Shown here: in pieces, positions 41,680 to 52,006 of the stretch
Numbering within the stretch: position 1 is the first letter of the stretch
How the letters are laid out: every line of letters begins with the position of its first letter
From: a virus
IMG/VR virus record: IMGVR_UViG_3300036760_001538
Location: 2,556 to 66,555 of that record
Direction: 5' to 3' (one strand)
Length of the DNA: 64,000 nucleotides
Program-made: the position numbers and the translations under genes
Notes under the pieces: generated by a model
Database searches by the model: none
Seen by the model: only the letters and a program-made list of their open reading frames with translations
Told to the model about the DNA's origin: nothing

Positions 41680-44600
41680 CTGTTGGTGCGATCACCGCCC
41701 AACTGCGGCTGGACATGACGAACTTCCGGGCGGGACTGGGCAAGGCCAACTCCCTCCTGGAGCAATACAGCGCCGCAACCATGAAGGCGAGCGCGATGCT
41801 GGGTGGCTTCGGCGCAGCCGTGGCCGGTGGCATGGCCCTGGCGGTGAAGGCCTCGGCGGAGTTCGAGGCCCAGATGCGCAACGTCAACTCCATCCTCAAG
41901 GAGAGCGAGCCGGCCTTCCGCGCGCTTTCAGAATCGGTGCTGGCGCTTTCGGGCAAGGTAGGGCAGGCTCCCGAAGTCCTCGCTCGCGGCCTCTACGACA
42001 TCGCCTCTTCGGGGTTCAATGGCGCTGCGGGTCTGAAGGTGCTGGAGGCCTCCGCGGTCGCCGCCACTGCGGGAATCACTGACACCGCCACTGCCAGCCG
42101 GGCAATCACCGCTGTCCTCAATGCCTATGGCCTGTCCGCCGACAAGGCGGGCTATGTCTCGGATGTGCTCTTCAAGACGGTGGAGCGCGGCGTGCTGACC
42201 TTCGGGGAACTCGCCCAGAACATCGGCGACGTGATCTCCACGGCGGCGCAGGCGAAGGTTCCCATTGAGGATGTGGGCGCGGCTATCGCCACCATGACCC
42301 GCGCCGGCGTGGTGCCAGCGGAAGCGGTTACCTCCCTGAACCAGGTGCTGCTGTCGTTTATCTCCCCATCGGAGCAGGCGAAAGCCGCGGCCACCAAGCT
42401 CGGCATCCAGCTCACCGCCACCAACCTGGCTGCCAAGGGGCTGGGCGGCGTGGTGCAGGAGATGGCGGCCGCGCTCAAGCTCGGCGGAGACGACCTGGAG
42501 GCGATGCAGAAGGCCGGGGCCTCCGACGCGGAGGTCATGGCCCTGGTGGCGCAGCGTTCGGGGATGGCGACCGAGTCCCTGGCCGCGCTCTTTCCCAACG
42601 TCCGCGCTCTTCGCGGCGCGTTGGCGTTAGCCTCGCAGGGAGGCAAGAACTTCTCCGAGGACGTGCAGGCGATGGCCCAGGCGACCGGCGCATCGGCCGC
42701 CGCCTTCGCCGAGCAGAGCAAGTCCTTCCAGGTGCAATGGGCAAAGACCTGGGCTGGTATGAGAGCCTTCATGGTGCAGGTGGGGTCGACCTTCCTGCCC
42801 GTGCTCAAGGCGCTGGCGGAGGTGCTGAAGACCGTGGTTCAGATGGCCCAGGCAATTCCCGCGCCACTGCGCACTATCCTGGCAGTAGTGGCGCTGCTGG
42901 CGGCCGGATTCGCGTCTCTCACCGCCGCCTTCATCCTCTACAACGCCTACCTGAAGGAGGCCGTGGTTCTCTCCGGCGGACTCGTCGGCGCGATGCGCCA
43001 GATGATGGCGAGCATGGCCGCCGCCAATGTCGAGATCAACCTGACCGGACTCTCGCTTGGCAAACTCGCAGCGGGCGCGAAGACAGCAGGGGCGGCCCTG
43101 CTCTCCAGCCTGCGTGGCGGGGCGCTGGGATTCGTCGCGATCACGGTCGGCCTGGGACTGCTCTACCGCCAGTTCTCCGAGGCCGACCGGATGGGAAAGG
43201 AGTTCTCCCAGACGCTGCTCGATCTGGACAGGCGCGCCTTCAAGGTGAAGGTGCGCCTGGAGGAGATCAAGACGCCCTCTTTCTGGAGCCGGATGATGGA
43301 GTGGGCCGGCTACCGCACCCAGGATATGGATCGCTTCCTCGCGCAGATGAACCAGTACAAGCAGAAGGTCGAGGGAGCAGAGAAGGCCCAGCAAAGCCAG
43401 GAGGCACGCACTGCCAAACTCAAGCAGATCGAGCAGGAGCTGGCGCGCTTCCGCGGCGAGGCGCACGAGGCGCGCTTGAAGCAGATCGCCGAGGAGGCGC
43501 AGACGCTGGAGAAAGACCTGGCCCAGGCAGGGATGAAGCCCGAAGAGGCCAGGGCGCAGGCGGCAAAGTGGGCAGCAGCAGCGCGGGCGGCAGCGGAGCG
43601 TGAAGCCAGCAAGGACATCCAGGAAGCCGAGATCAAGCTGCTCGAATTGCAGAGCCGCAACCACGAGGCGCGCATGCGCCAGATCGAACTCGAGGCCCAA
43701 GCGGTCAAGGAGAAATACCTGGCCGCCGGGCGCGGCGAAGAGGCGGAGGAGGCAGCCCGACAGTATCGCCTTGCCGCCATCGCCGCCTACGAGCGTGAGC
43801 GCAAGGACATCGTCCTCCAGGCCGAGCAGAAGCTCGTCGAGGCGCTGGTCGGCCACGAAGATCAGATCGCTGGCGCACGAGAGCGCATCCACCGCGTCCG
43901 CCTCCAGCAGATCCAGTCGGAGGCCGAGGCGATCAAGAATCAGCTGATCGGCGCCGGGGAAGATGCGACGAAGGCCGAACTCGCGCGGAAGCAATTCCTC
44001 GCGGCGAAGACAGCCGAACTCGCCAAGCAGGAAGCGACAGAGAGGGCTCGCATCTTCGAGCAAGGCGCGGAGGCCATCGTCTCCACCTGGATTGCCGCGG
44101 TGGAGGGGATGCGCCAGGCCGACCGACTGCAGACGGGCGAATATCTCTCGCAGCTCTCTCGGATTCTCGAGCTGATTCGCCAGGTCAATGCTGCGCGGGC
44201 AGACGCTGGCCAAGGCCGTCTCTTTCAGCAGGAGGAACTCCGCCTCGCCCAAACCATCTTCTCCGAGCGCCAGCGCATGCAGCGCGAGTTGACGACGGAC
44301 GAAAAGAAGCTCGCGGATGAACGCAAGCAGTGGGGACAGGCAGAACTGGAGCAGCGCACTCGCCTGCATGCCTACGAAATGTCCCTGATCGACCTCACCT
44401 TCCAGCATCGCCGCGATCTGGCGCGCATCACGGGCGAGGAAGATCAGCAGACCATGGCTCGCATCGCGGCCGACGAGCTTGCCGCGCTGCAGCAGCGACG
44501 CGCCGAGGAGCAGCTCAGCGCGCAGGAGCGCCTGGATTCCCTGGAGCGCGAGCGCCAACTGATCCTGGAGATGGCGCAGTCAGGCGAGATGCCGGAGCCT

Positions 44601-45017
44601 GCGGCTACCGCGGCATTGGAGTCAACTTTCGCCGAGATGCAGAGGGCGAAGGAAGAACTGGCGGCCCAGGACCGGGCGGCCTTCGAGGAGCGTCAACGCC
44701 AGCACGCGGAGACGCTCAAACAGATCGAGACCGAGCAGAAGACGCTGCGCGACCAGCTCTCTCAAACAGGTGGGCGAATCGTGCAGATCGCGCAGCAAGT
44801 CTTCGATGGTTTGCAGCAGCGGCTCCAGGCACTGGCTTCGGTGAAGCTGCAACCGGCGTTGGCAACGGGCGGGCTACCGGGTCCGGCGCAGGGCGCACCG
44901 CGCACCTACAATTTCTACATCGGCGGGCGGCAAGTGGCTGCCGGAGCGGACATCAGCCGGATCGCCGACCAGCTCGCGGAGGTGCTGGAACGCGAGCACA
45001 CCTACGCGAGGGATTGA
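41676..45017 (+). CDS. Tail tape measure protein (TP901-like)
   Basis: 1113 aa, Ala-rich; FEAQMRNVNS...GLYDIASSG core. Confidence 0.92.
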   Translation: MTVGAITAQLRLDMTNFRAGLGKANSLLEQYSAATMKASAMLGGFGAAVAGGMALAVKASAEFEAQMRNVNSILKESEPAFRALSESVLALSGKVGQAPEVLARGLYDIASSGFNGAAGLKVLEASAVAATAGITDTATASRAITAVLNAYGLSADKAGYVSDVLFKTVERGVLTFGELAQNIGDVISTAAQAKVPIEDVGAAIATMTRAGVVPAEAVTSLNQVLLSFISPSEQAKAAATKLGIQLTATNLAAKGLGGVVQEMAAALKLGGDDLEAMQKAGASDAEVMALVAQRSGMATESLAALFPNVRALRGALALASQGGKNFSEDVQAMAQATGASAAAFAEQSKSFQVQWAKTWAGMRAFMVQVGSTFLPVLKALAEVLKTVVQMAQAIPAPLRTILAVVALLAAGFASLTAAFILYNAYLKEAVVLSGGLVGAMRQMMASMAAANVEINLTGLSLGKLAAGAKTAGAALLSSLRGGALGFVAITVGLGLLYRQFSEADRMGKEFSQTLLDLDRRAFKVKVRLEEIKTPSFWSRMMEWAGYRTQDMDRFLAQMNQYKQKVEGAEKAQQSQEARTAKLKQIEQELARFRGEAHEARLKQIAEEAQTLEKDLAQAGMKPEEARAQAAKWAAAARAAAEREASKDIQEAEIKLLELQSRNHEARMRQIELEAQAVKEKYLAAGRGEEAEEAARQYRLAAIAAYERERKDIVLQAEQKLVEALVGHEDQIAGARERIHRVRLQQIQSEAEAIKNQLIGAGEDATKAELARKQFLAAKTAELAKQEATERARIFEQGAEAIVSTWIAAVEGMRQADRLQTGEYLSQLSRILELIRQVNAARADAGQGRLFQQEELRLAQTIFSERQRMQRELTTDEKKLADERKQWGQAELEQRTRLHAYEMSLIDLTFQHRRDLARITGEEDQQTMARIAADELAALQQRRAEEQLSAQERLDSLERERQLILEMAQSGEMPEPAATAALESTFAEMQRAKEELAAQDRAAFEERQRQHAETLKQIETEQKTLRDQLSQTGGRIVQIAQQVFDGLQQRLQALASVKLQPALATGGLPGPAQGAPRTYNFYIGGRQVAAGADISRIADQLAEVLEREHTYARD

Positions 45018-45076
45018 TTCTCCTTCGCCAAGTCGAAGACGCTCCATAGCCTTGGCGACGGAGCGGCTACGGAGAA
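45018..45076. repeat. Nested REP-like family B palindromes
   Basis: Inner CGCTCC-ATAGCCTTGGCGAC-GGAGCG (45040-45065) lies inside an opposite-orientation TTCTCC-TTCGCCAAG...GCTAC-GGAGAA. Confidence 0.6.
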
Positions 45077-45083
45077 CAAGGCG

Positions 45084-45458
45084 ATGGCTGCCTGTTATAT
45101 GAGCAAGCCTGACGATACCGAGAAGACGTATCTCGACGAGGACCCGTCCTCCTATGACGACGGGCCGGCGGAGCGGCGAGCATCCTCGCACGCCACCTTC
45201 GGCGGCAGCCGCGTCTGGCAGGACTTCGGGGCGAAGGACGTTGACCGGCAGATCAGGCTGCGGACGGACTGGATGACACAGACGACGCTGGACGCGCTCA
45301 AAGCCAAGTTCGCCCAGGCGGCCATGGTCTGGAAGTGGCTGGATCACAGGGGGCATGAATACCGTGTCTTCTTCCGAGGGCTGAATCCGGAGCGCATCCG
45401 GGGGCACGACGCCTACCGGGTGGAGATGCTGCTGGATGTGGTGCAGGTGGTCGTCTGA
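45084..45458 (+). CDS. Distal tail-like protein
   Basis: Directly after the tape measure gene; 124 aa. Confidence 0.6.
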   Translation: MAACYMSKPDDTEKTYLDEDPSSYDDGPAERRASSHATFGGSRVWQDFGAKDVDRQIRLRTDWMTQTTLDALKAKFAQAAMVWKWLDHRGHEYRVFFRGLNPERIRGHDAYRVEMLLDVVQVVV

Positions 45459-45522
45459 GGAGCGGACTGCCCGACACAGGGCGACGTGCGGCGAAACGCG
45501 GGCTACGTGAGAGAGGGAGACG

Positions 45523-46233
45523 ATGGCGAAGCAGGTCACGAAATACGAGAGCGACGGCGTAACACCAGCCGCTGCGTCCTATGATGAGGGCAGCGTCCTC
45601 GACGGCGCGCAGACCACGCCGCGGCGCATCTGGTGGAAGAACACCTCCACCGCCTCGGAGATCCTGCAGAACTGCCGCTTCCGGCGGGTGCAGAGCGGGG
45701 CAAACGACGGCCTGAACTTCCTCCAGACTGCCCAGGACGTGCCCCTGAGTCCTCCCGGCGCGCTGACGCTGGCCCTGGCCGCCGGAACCGAACTGGGCAT
45801 CGGCCTCTACCAGTATGCCATCACCTTCGTAACCGCCAACGGTGAGACGACTCCTGGGACGCAGGCACAGATCACAACTACTTCCGGAAACCAGCGCGTG
45901 CAGCTCAGCAATATCCCTATCGGGCCAAGCGGCACGACCGCGCGGAGAATCTACCGCAGCGCAGTCGGCGGCGGGCAGAAGAAGCTCGTCACCACCATCG
46001 CCGACAATATAACGACAAGTTATCTCGACCAGATCCCCGATGCGAGTCTGGGGGCGAATGCTCCGACGCTGAACACCTCCGGGTCGCCGGGGACCTGGCA
46101 GACCGCTAATATCACCATCGGCAGCATGGCCGTGGGCGACTACGCTCCCTGCTGGATGCGCTACAACGTGCCGGGCGGGACCAGTCAGGTAGGCAATCCA
46201 CGACGCGCCTACGTGCAGTTCGAGGAAGCTTGA
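45523..46233 (+). CDS. Tail structural protein with Ig-like module
   Basis: GETTPG...GPSGTTARRIYRS module shared with the 48101 protein. Confidence 0.65.
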   Translation: MAKQVTKYESDGVTPAAASYDEGSVLDGAQTTPRRIWWKNTSTASEILQNCRFRRVQSGANDGLNFLQTAQDVPLSPPGALTLALAAGTELGIGLYQYAITFVTANGETTPGTQAQITTTSGNQRVQLSNIPIGPSGTTARRIYRSAVGGGQKKLVTTIADNITTSYLDQIPDASLGANAPTLNTSGSPGTWQTANITIGSMAVGDYAPCWMRYNVPGGTSQVGNPRRAYVQFEEA

Positions 46234-46475
46234 TGCTTGGACTGACTGACCAACTGGAACTCCTCGTTTCGGTCATCCCGAAGTTGACCGACCAGGTGCG
46301 CCTGGATGTGCAGGTGTTCCACGACCGGGTGACAGATGCGGTGCTGCTGGAAGCTAACGTGACTCCGAAGGTGACCGACGGGGTGCTCTTACTCACGAAC
46401 GTGGTGAACCAGAGCTTCGAGGCCGGCGCGCAGGCGAAAGTGCTCGCGCCGACGGCAGAAGTGACTTTCCTATAA
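46230..46475 (+). CDS. Small hypothetical tail protein
   Basis: Internal PK(L/V)TD repeats; coupled to both neighbours. Confidence 0.5.
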   Translation: MMLGLTDQLELLVSVIPKLTDQVRLDVQVFHDRVTDAVLLEANVTPKVTDGVLLLTNVVNQSFEAGAQAKVLAPTAEVTFL

Positions 46476-48104
46476 ATGGCGATCACTGTCAAACCGACAA
46501 CCTGTGAGATCGACTCCCGCCTGGGGAACCTCGCGGACTCGCTCGACCTCTCCCTGGTCGAGGAGGACTCCGCCGGGCCGGCTTCGCCTGTCGCGCAGGC
46601 CTGGCGCACCCTCAACCAGGGCGACCTGATCCGCGTGCGCCTGGGGCTGAATGGCTCCGGGCTGCTCGACTACGGACTGTTCCGCGTGGACGAGTGCGCG
46701 CTGGAGGCGACCGAATCCTCTTGGCGGGCGCGCATTCACGGACGGGACAAAGCGGCGCTGCTGATCGAGGAGCGGGCGCAGGAGGGATATGGCTTTGGCA
46801 CCTGGCCGGACGACGAGCCGAAGGAATACACCTACCCTTCGGCGCGCAGCCTGGCGAAGAGCATTGCGGCGCGCGTGGGCCTCGGCCTGATCTGGGACGC
46901 CCCCAACTACACGCTCACCTCGTTCACCCTCCAGCCCGAAGAGTCGGCAAGCCAGGCGATCTCCCGGCTACTGGAGCCACTTCGCGCGGGCAGCCGCTAC
47001 TACACCGACGCCTGTGTGGACGGAGAAAACCTGGTAGTGCGCCGGCGCGGCAATGGCCCGAACGAAGGAACGATTGACTGCTCCCTGGGGCAGGTCAGAA
47101 GCATCCGACGGGCGCGGCAGCCATCGGTGGGCGAGGTTAAGGTCCATGGCGCGACCTATGTCTACGCTACCACCTACGAGCACCAGACGAAGGAGTCTAA
47201 AGCCGGTTCAGGTGAGACCGGCGAGGGCGAGCCGCAGGCCAGCGTGCGCATCGTGGAGGACTCGCCCACTCACCGCGTGGTGGAGACCGGCATTGTCCAG
47301 GGCAACGGCGAGTTCGTCGTGATCACCAGGGAGACCGAAGACCTCACCTATGAGGACGTGACAGACGCCGAGGGCCACTGGCTGGGGCGGGTGCTGAAGA
47401 AGAGCGAGGTGCTGGAGGAGCGCGATCTGCACACCGACAAGCCGAAGCGCTCTCGTAAGAAGATCAGCTTCGGCTATGACAGCCAGTGGCGGCTGGTGCT
47501 GCGAGACGAACGCACCAGTGAGTATCAGGACGACGGCACGCTGAAAAATACCAGCCATGTGGTCACCCGCTTCGAGCAGATCACTCCCACTGACGTGCGC
47601 ACCGTCACCACGGAGTTCAAGGTCGCCGCCGACGGCACCGAGACGGTGAAGAAGGGCTTCCCCAAGTGGGAGCAGGCACCGGGTGTGCTGCAGTCCAGCA
47701 TCCGCCAGGCTCCTGACCCCGAGGGGAAATGGGATGAGAAGCCCGACGGCAGCGCCCCCGACAACTCCAAGAAGACCGAGTACACCTCGCAGTACCAGGG
47801 CAGCGCGGATGGCGGCGGGAGCATCCCAAGAGTCTATCGCAACGAGAACCTGGTGGGCAGCACGATCTGCCAGACCATCGCCGACGACCTGGCGGCCGAG
47901 AGCGGCAAGTGGCTCTATTCGGTGAGCCTTTTCTGGCCGCGCCCGTTCTCCTATCGCAAGGGCCAGAAGGTGACTCTCACCAACCTGCCCGGCGTCTGCC
48001 CTGACCTGATGGACGCAATCATCGTCGGCGTGCGCACCCACTACGACGAGGGCGCCGGCATGTGGGCGCATGATGTGGAGTTCGAGTGCTGGAGGGATTC
48101 GTGA
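46476..48104 (+). CDS. Baseplate hub / tail protein
   Basis: GLFRVDE...IHGRDKAALL hub-like N-terminus; position in the tail module. Confidence 0.65.
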   Translation: MAITVKPTTCEIDSRLGNLADSLDLSLVEEDSAGPASPVAQAWRTLNQGDLIRVRLGLNGSGLLDYGLFRVDECALEATESSWRARIHGRDKAALLIEERAQEGYGFGTWPDDEPKEYTYPSARSLAKSIAARVGLGLIWDAPNYTLTSFTLQPEESASQAISRLLEPLRAGSRYYTDACVDGENLVVRRRGNGPNEGTIDCSLGQVRSIRRARQPSVGEVKVHGATYVYATTYEHQTKESKAGSGETGEGEPQASVRIVEDSPTHRVVETGIVQGNGEFVVITRETEDLTYEDVTDAEGHWLGRVLKKSEVLEERDLHTDKPKRSRKKISFGYDSQWRLVLRDERTSEYQDDGTLKNTSHVVTRFEQITPTDVRTVTTEFKVAADGTETVKKGFPKWEQAPGVLQSSIRQAPDPEGKWDEKPDGSAPDNSKKTEYTSQYQGSADGGGSIPRVYRNENLVGSTICQTIADDLAAESGKWLYSVSLFWPRPFSYRKGQKVTLTNLPGVCPDLMDAIIVGVRTHYDEGAGMWAHDVEFECWRDS

Positions 48105-50239
48105 GTCGGCTGTCCTCCATAGTGCAGCGCATCCTGGCAGCGCACCGAACTTGCGGTTGGGGCAGAGTTGCTCAGGTGCCACGACCCGGTGAGGCGCGCC
48201 TGGAGAATCGCAACGAGCGGGTGCTCGTGGCCGGCAACGCCGCGCCCGCAGTCGGCGAGCACGTTCCCTGGCTGCGCCTTGACCGCGGCACGCTGGTGAC
48301 CACCCGCAACATCCGGCCCCGGCCGCCTCTGGTTCTTCCACCGGGGAAGGCGCTGCCAACCTGGACAGGCGAGTGGGGGCGCGTCATCACTTCGTCGTTC
48401 GACAACGGGCAATACGATAACGCCTCCCCCTGCTGCGCGGCGGACAGCGAGGGGCACGCGTGGACGGCAGTCTGCGAGTCAGTGGGTGACGTCTTTCGCC
48501 TGCACTTTTATCGCGGCGACAAGGACAACCTGCTCTCGCCGGGAGGCTGGATCAGCAAAGGTCACATCGACTTCCCCTACATCGGCGATCCCTACTACCG
48601 CACCAGCGGCCCGGGCTGGAGGACGCCTTGCCTGCTGGTGGACGACCAGGACAACCTCTTCGCCTGGTGGCACCGACAGTTCCTCTGGGAAGCAGGGCAG
48701 CAGACTGCGAATGCGCTCCAGGGAGTGAAGGGCGCGATCAATCCCGACACCAGCGCGCTCAGTCTGGACTCGCCGGTTGATCTCGGCCTGCCTTACGTGG
48801 ACGGCTTCGGGCCGGGCTACACTCCGGACTACAACGGCCTGCAGATCGCCCCGGACGGCTTCCTCTGGCTAATCACCTCACCGAAGGTGACGGTGCAGAC
48901 TCCAACCGTGGACTTGCTCTACGGCGATGATCTCCTGGTGGGCAACTACCGCTACGCTCTCGCTTACCAGTCGGCGAGCAGCGAGCTGGGATGCGGTTAC
49001 TACCGGCAAGTGACGACTCGCGCGCAGGCCGCTCTCCCCGGCGCGCCCAGTCAGTTCTCCAATCCGAACGTGGGCACATTCCAGGCCGGCTACCACTACT
49101 TCAAGGTGACCTTCTACAAGAGCGATGGCAGCTCAGGGGATGGCGAGACCACGCCAGGCAGCTATGGACCCTATAACCTGCCGGCGAACAACCGCTCCAT
49201 CCGCATGGCGATTCCCCGCTCGCTGCGCAACGGCGGGCGGAAGGTCTACTATGCGACCTCCGCAGGAGGCCCATACTACCTGATCCACACGCAGCCAGAC
49301 TGGAACACCGACTATATCGAAGTGTTCAACCCGGTCTCCAGTGGACCGCAGCCGCCGGCCGCGAACACCCTTCCCGCCAAGCGCACGCGTGTCTGGAACG
49401 TTGACCAGGGGCCGCCGGGAGCCACCGCACGGCGTATCTATCGCACCCAGGCCGGCGGTAGCGTCTATGGCCTGGTGCACACTGTCAACAACAATCAGAA
49501 CGACGAGGAGTGGGTTGACGATACGGGCGACTCCATCGGCGCGCCTCCACCGAACAATCCCACGAACCAGTCCTATCGCTGCCTGGCAGTAGGGCGCTCG
49601 AACGCGCCGCGCTCCTGGGCGAGTGGGGTGACCTGGGAGAAGGTCTTCGGCTGGTATCCCTGGTCGTGGCTGGGAGATCGCTGCGGCATTGTGGCACTCG
49701 GCGTCGGAGTGGCCGCCGTGGTCTACCAGAACACTTCCTGGGGCCTCTCGGCTCGCCGACGTACCACCGGCGGCGTCTGGGGTGACGAGGTCAATCTGGC
49801 TACCGAGAGCGGCCGCAGTTTCCGCCTGGGAACCATCTTGCTCCACGAAGGCGAGGCCCATCTTTGTTTCCTGGAATCCGGCGGCTATCCCAGCCTTGAT
49901 GAGTGGTACTACGCGCCGCTCTCAGTCAGCGACGACGGCATCAGCATTGGCAGCCCCGTGCTTGCAGGCGACGGTTGGCCCTACAGCGAGGAGCCGCCGC
50001 GGCTGTCCTGGGACGAAGACCAGGAAGTCATGGTGATGCACGGTGGCGGGTTCAACGACTACTGCCACATCTTCAACGTCGACGAGGGCGAGGTGGAGAG
50101 CGGCGGCGATGATCTCTCCACTGCTGGCGCAGACACCTCGTGGTGGACGGCTCCGTACCGCGTTCCCGGCCCGAGACTGTGGGGTCTCTTCATTGACTGG
50201 GACGGCTATCACGGGGCCGTGGAGTGGACACCTGAATGA
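48101..50239 (+). CDS. Tail tip/fibre protein
   Basis: GTG 48101; beta-rich, Gly/Trp/Tyr-rich with Ig-like inserts. Confidence 0.65.
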   Translation: MSRLSSIVQRILAAHRTCGWGRVAQVPRPGEARLENRNERVLVAGNAAPAVGEHVPWLRLDRGTLVTTRNIRPRPPLVLPPGKALPTWTGEWGRVITSSFDNGQYDNASPCCAADSEGHAWTAVCESVGDVFRLHFYRGDKDNLLSPGGWISKGHIDFPYIGDPYYRTSGPGWRTPCLLVDDQDNLFAWWHRQFLWEAGQQTANALQGVKGAINPDTSALSLDSPVDLGLPYVDGFGPGYTPDYNGLQIAPDGFLWLITSPKVTVQTPTVDLLYGDDLLVGNYRYALAYQSASSELGCGYYRQVTTRAQAALPGAPSQFSNPNVGTFQAGYHYFKVTFYKSDGSSGDGETTPGSYGPYNLPANNRSIRMAIPRSLRNGGRKVYYATSAGGPYYLIHTQPDWNTDYIEVFNPVSSGPQPPAANTLPAKRTRVWNVDQGPPGATARRIYRTQAGGSVYGLVHTVNNNQNDEEWVDDTGDSIGAPPPNNPTNQSYRCLAVGRSNAPRSWASGVTWEKVFGWYPWSWLGDRCGIVALGVGVAAVVYQNTSWGLSARRRTTGGVWGDEVNLATESGRSFRLGTILLHEGEAHLCFLESGGYPSLDEWYYAPLSVSDDGISIGSPVLAGDGWPYSEEPPRLSWDEDQEVMVMHGGGFNDYCHIFNVDEGEVESGGDDLSTAGADTSWWTAPYRVPGPRLWGLFIDWDGYHGAVEWTPE

Positions 50240-50478
50240 GCAGACTCTATTCCGCAATCAAGCGTCTGGCGCAGAAAGGCGACCGCGCCGCGATTGGGAC
50301 TGTTGCCGGCTACGCGGGCGGCGGCCGTTACCGCGTGCAGGTGGCGGGAAGCGAGTATGAAGTCCCGGCCGCCGGGGATGCGCAGGCGATGGACGGACAG
50401 AGCGTGGCTCTGCTGGTGAGCGGCGAGACCGGAAAGCCCATCGCCATGCTCGGCCCGGTGAGACAGACGGGAGCGTGA
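50236..50478 (+). CDS. Small OB-fold-like tail protein
   Basis: GTVAGYAGGGRYRVQV; coupled to neighbours. Confidence 0.5.
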   Translation: MSRLYSAIKRLAQKGDRAAIGTVAGYAGGGRYRVQVAGSEYEVPAAGDAQAMDGQSVALLVSGETGKPIAMLGPVRQTGA

Positions 50479-50479
50479 A

Positions 50480-51658
50480 GTGGCAAGCCAGCAGATCCTG
50501 CTGTCAACGAAAGCGGCGGACATCCAGCAGGGCCAGCCGGACTACAACCACGGCAGCCATGCCGATATCGCGGTGCGCTGGCACGCCACCATTGCCAACT
50601 ACCACTACCGCGCTCTGATCGAGTTCGACCTGGCGCTGCTCAGCCCGCAGCAGGCCTCCCAGATCGTCCAGGCGCGCCTGCGCGTGAGCTTCAACGGGGC
50701 GCTCAACAACCACAGCGACGCCGCCTACAACATCTCTTGCCACCGGCTGACCGCTGCCTGGGTCGAGGCACAGGTCACCTGGAACAGCAGGCAGACAGGA
50801 ACGCCCTGGGGCAGCGCAGGCGGCGACTTCGTTTCGCCCGCGGTGGTAACCATCTCCAGCCCTGACAACCCCAGCGGCTGGGCGACCGACTACCTCGACA
50901 TCACGCAGTTACTCAAGGACTGGCTGAACGGCACCTACCCGAACTGCGGCGTCATTCTCAAGTGCGAGGTGGAGAGCGACCTGAAGTGGAGCATCTACGA
51001 GTCGGACGATTCCGCTCAGGGCGAGCAATACAAACTAGCCCTGGTGGTTGATTACCTGGCCCCGCCAGCAGCTCCGTCGGGTCTCTCGGCGACGCCCAAT
51101 GGCGCGAACCGGATCGACCTTTCCTGGACTGACAACTCCAACAATGAGACAGGCTTCAAGATACAGCGCAAGTTGGGGGCAGGCGGCACCTGGAGCCAGA
51201 TCGATACGGTGGGGCCGAACGTCACCAGCTTCACGGACACGGCGGTCATGGGCAACGCCACCTACTACTACCGGGTCTGCGCCTACAACGCGGACGGCGA
51301 TTCGGCGTGGAGCAACGAGGCCAACGCCACTGCGATCCAGGCTGCGCCCACCGCCCTCTCGGCCACGCCGTCGGGCTTGACGGTCGACCTGGCGTGGACG
51401 GACAACGCTACCGACGAGAGCGGCTACAAGGTGGAGCGGAAACCGGAAGGCGGGGCCTATTCCCAGATAGGCACGGCCGGGCAGAACGCCACTTCCTACG
51501 CGGACGAGGGCGTGTCGCCCGGCACTTACTACTACCGCGTCAGGGCCTACAACGACTACGGCAACAGCGCCTACAGCAACGAGGCGAGCGCGACCGTTCA
51601 GGCCTTGGCTGACAACCTGGCGGACATCACGACGCTGATCCGAAGACGAAGGAGATAA
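50480..51658 (+). CDS. DNRLRE-like domain plus two fibronectin type III domains
   Basis: RALIEFDL...WVEAQVTWN...DITQLLKDW; two LxWTDN...YYYRVxAYNxxGxSAxSNE repeats. Confidence 0.85.
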   Translation: MASQQILLSTKAADIQQGQPDYNHGSHADIAVRWHATIANYHYRALIEFDLALLSPQQASQIVQARLRVSFNGALNNHSDAAYNISCHRLTAAWVEAQVTWNSRQTGTPWGSAGGDFVSPAVVTISSPDNPSGWATDYLDITQLLKDWLNGTYPNCGVILKCEVESDLKWSIYESDDSAQGEQYKLALVVDYLAPPAAPSGLSATPNGANRIDLSWTDNSNNETGFKIQRKLGAGGTWSQIDTVGPNVTSFTDTAVMGNATYYYRVCAYNADGDSAWSNEANATAIQAAPTALSATPSGLTVDLAWTDNATDESGYKVERKPEGGAYSQIGTAGQNATSYADEGVSPGTYYYRVRAYNDYGNSAYSNEASATVQALADNLADITTLIRRRRR

Positions 51659-51663
51659 CGCAT

Positions 51664-52002
51664 ATGCCCACCTATCACGAGAGCGTCACGAAGAACGGAG
51701 TCTCCCAGGCGGCACTGGAGGTCATCCTTCCGCCGCGCGACCTCGGGGAATATCCGATGAAGACGATCACCCTCAACAACGCCGCTGGTGGTGCGGCGCT
51801 GGCCGATGCGAAGATCGAAGTCGGCCCCACGGCAAGTGGCCCCTGGCTGGCCGAAGATCTGACGGGAACGGGGATTCCTACCCTCGCGCCCGGGGCGAGC
51901 GCGGCCTACCGCATGACGAAGGTTGATCGCTGGCTCCGGGTGCAGGCGAAGGCCACCGGAGCAGGCTGCAATCTCACTGTCTATCTCGACGCTGTGGGGT
52001 AG
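51664..52002 (+). CDS. Hypothetical structural protein
   Basis: AGGAG RBS; 112 aa, beta-rich. Confidence 0.6.
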   Translation: MPTYHESVTKNGVSQAALEVILPPRDLGEYPMKTITLNNAAGGAALADAKIEVGPTASGPWLAEDLTGTGIPTLAPGASAAYRMTKVDRWLRVQAKATGAGCNLTVYLDAVG

Positions 52003-52006
52003 ATCG

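Noticed and set aside
42627-44558. 643-aa minus-strand ORF and similar long antisense ORFs (3165-4358, 4069-5184, 14815-16077, 31909-33183, 39555-40934)
   Set aside because: Shadow frames of well-supported + strand genes, with no recognisable motifs
48101-51658. Possible diversity-generating retroelement target in the tail genes
   Set aside because: No reverse transcriptase and no template/variable repeat pair seen; the similarity is just FN3 domain duplication
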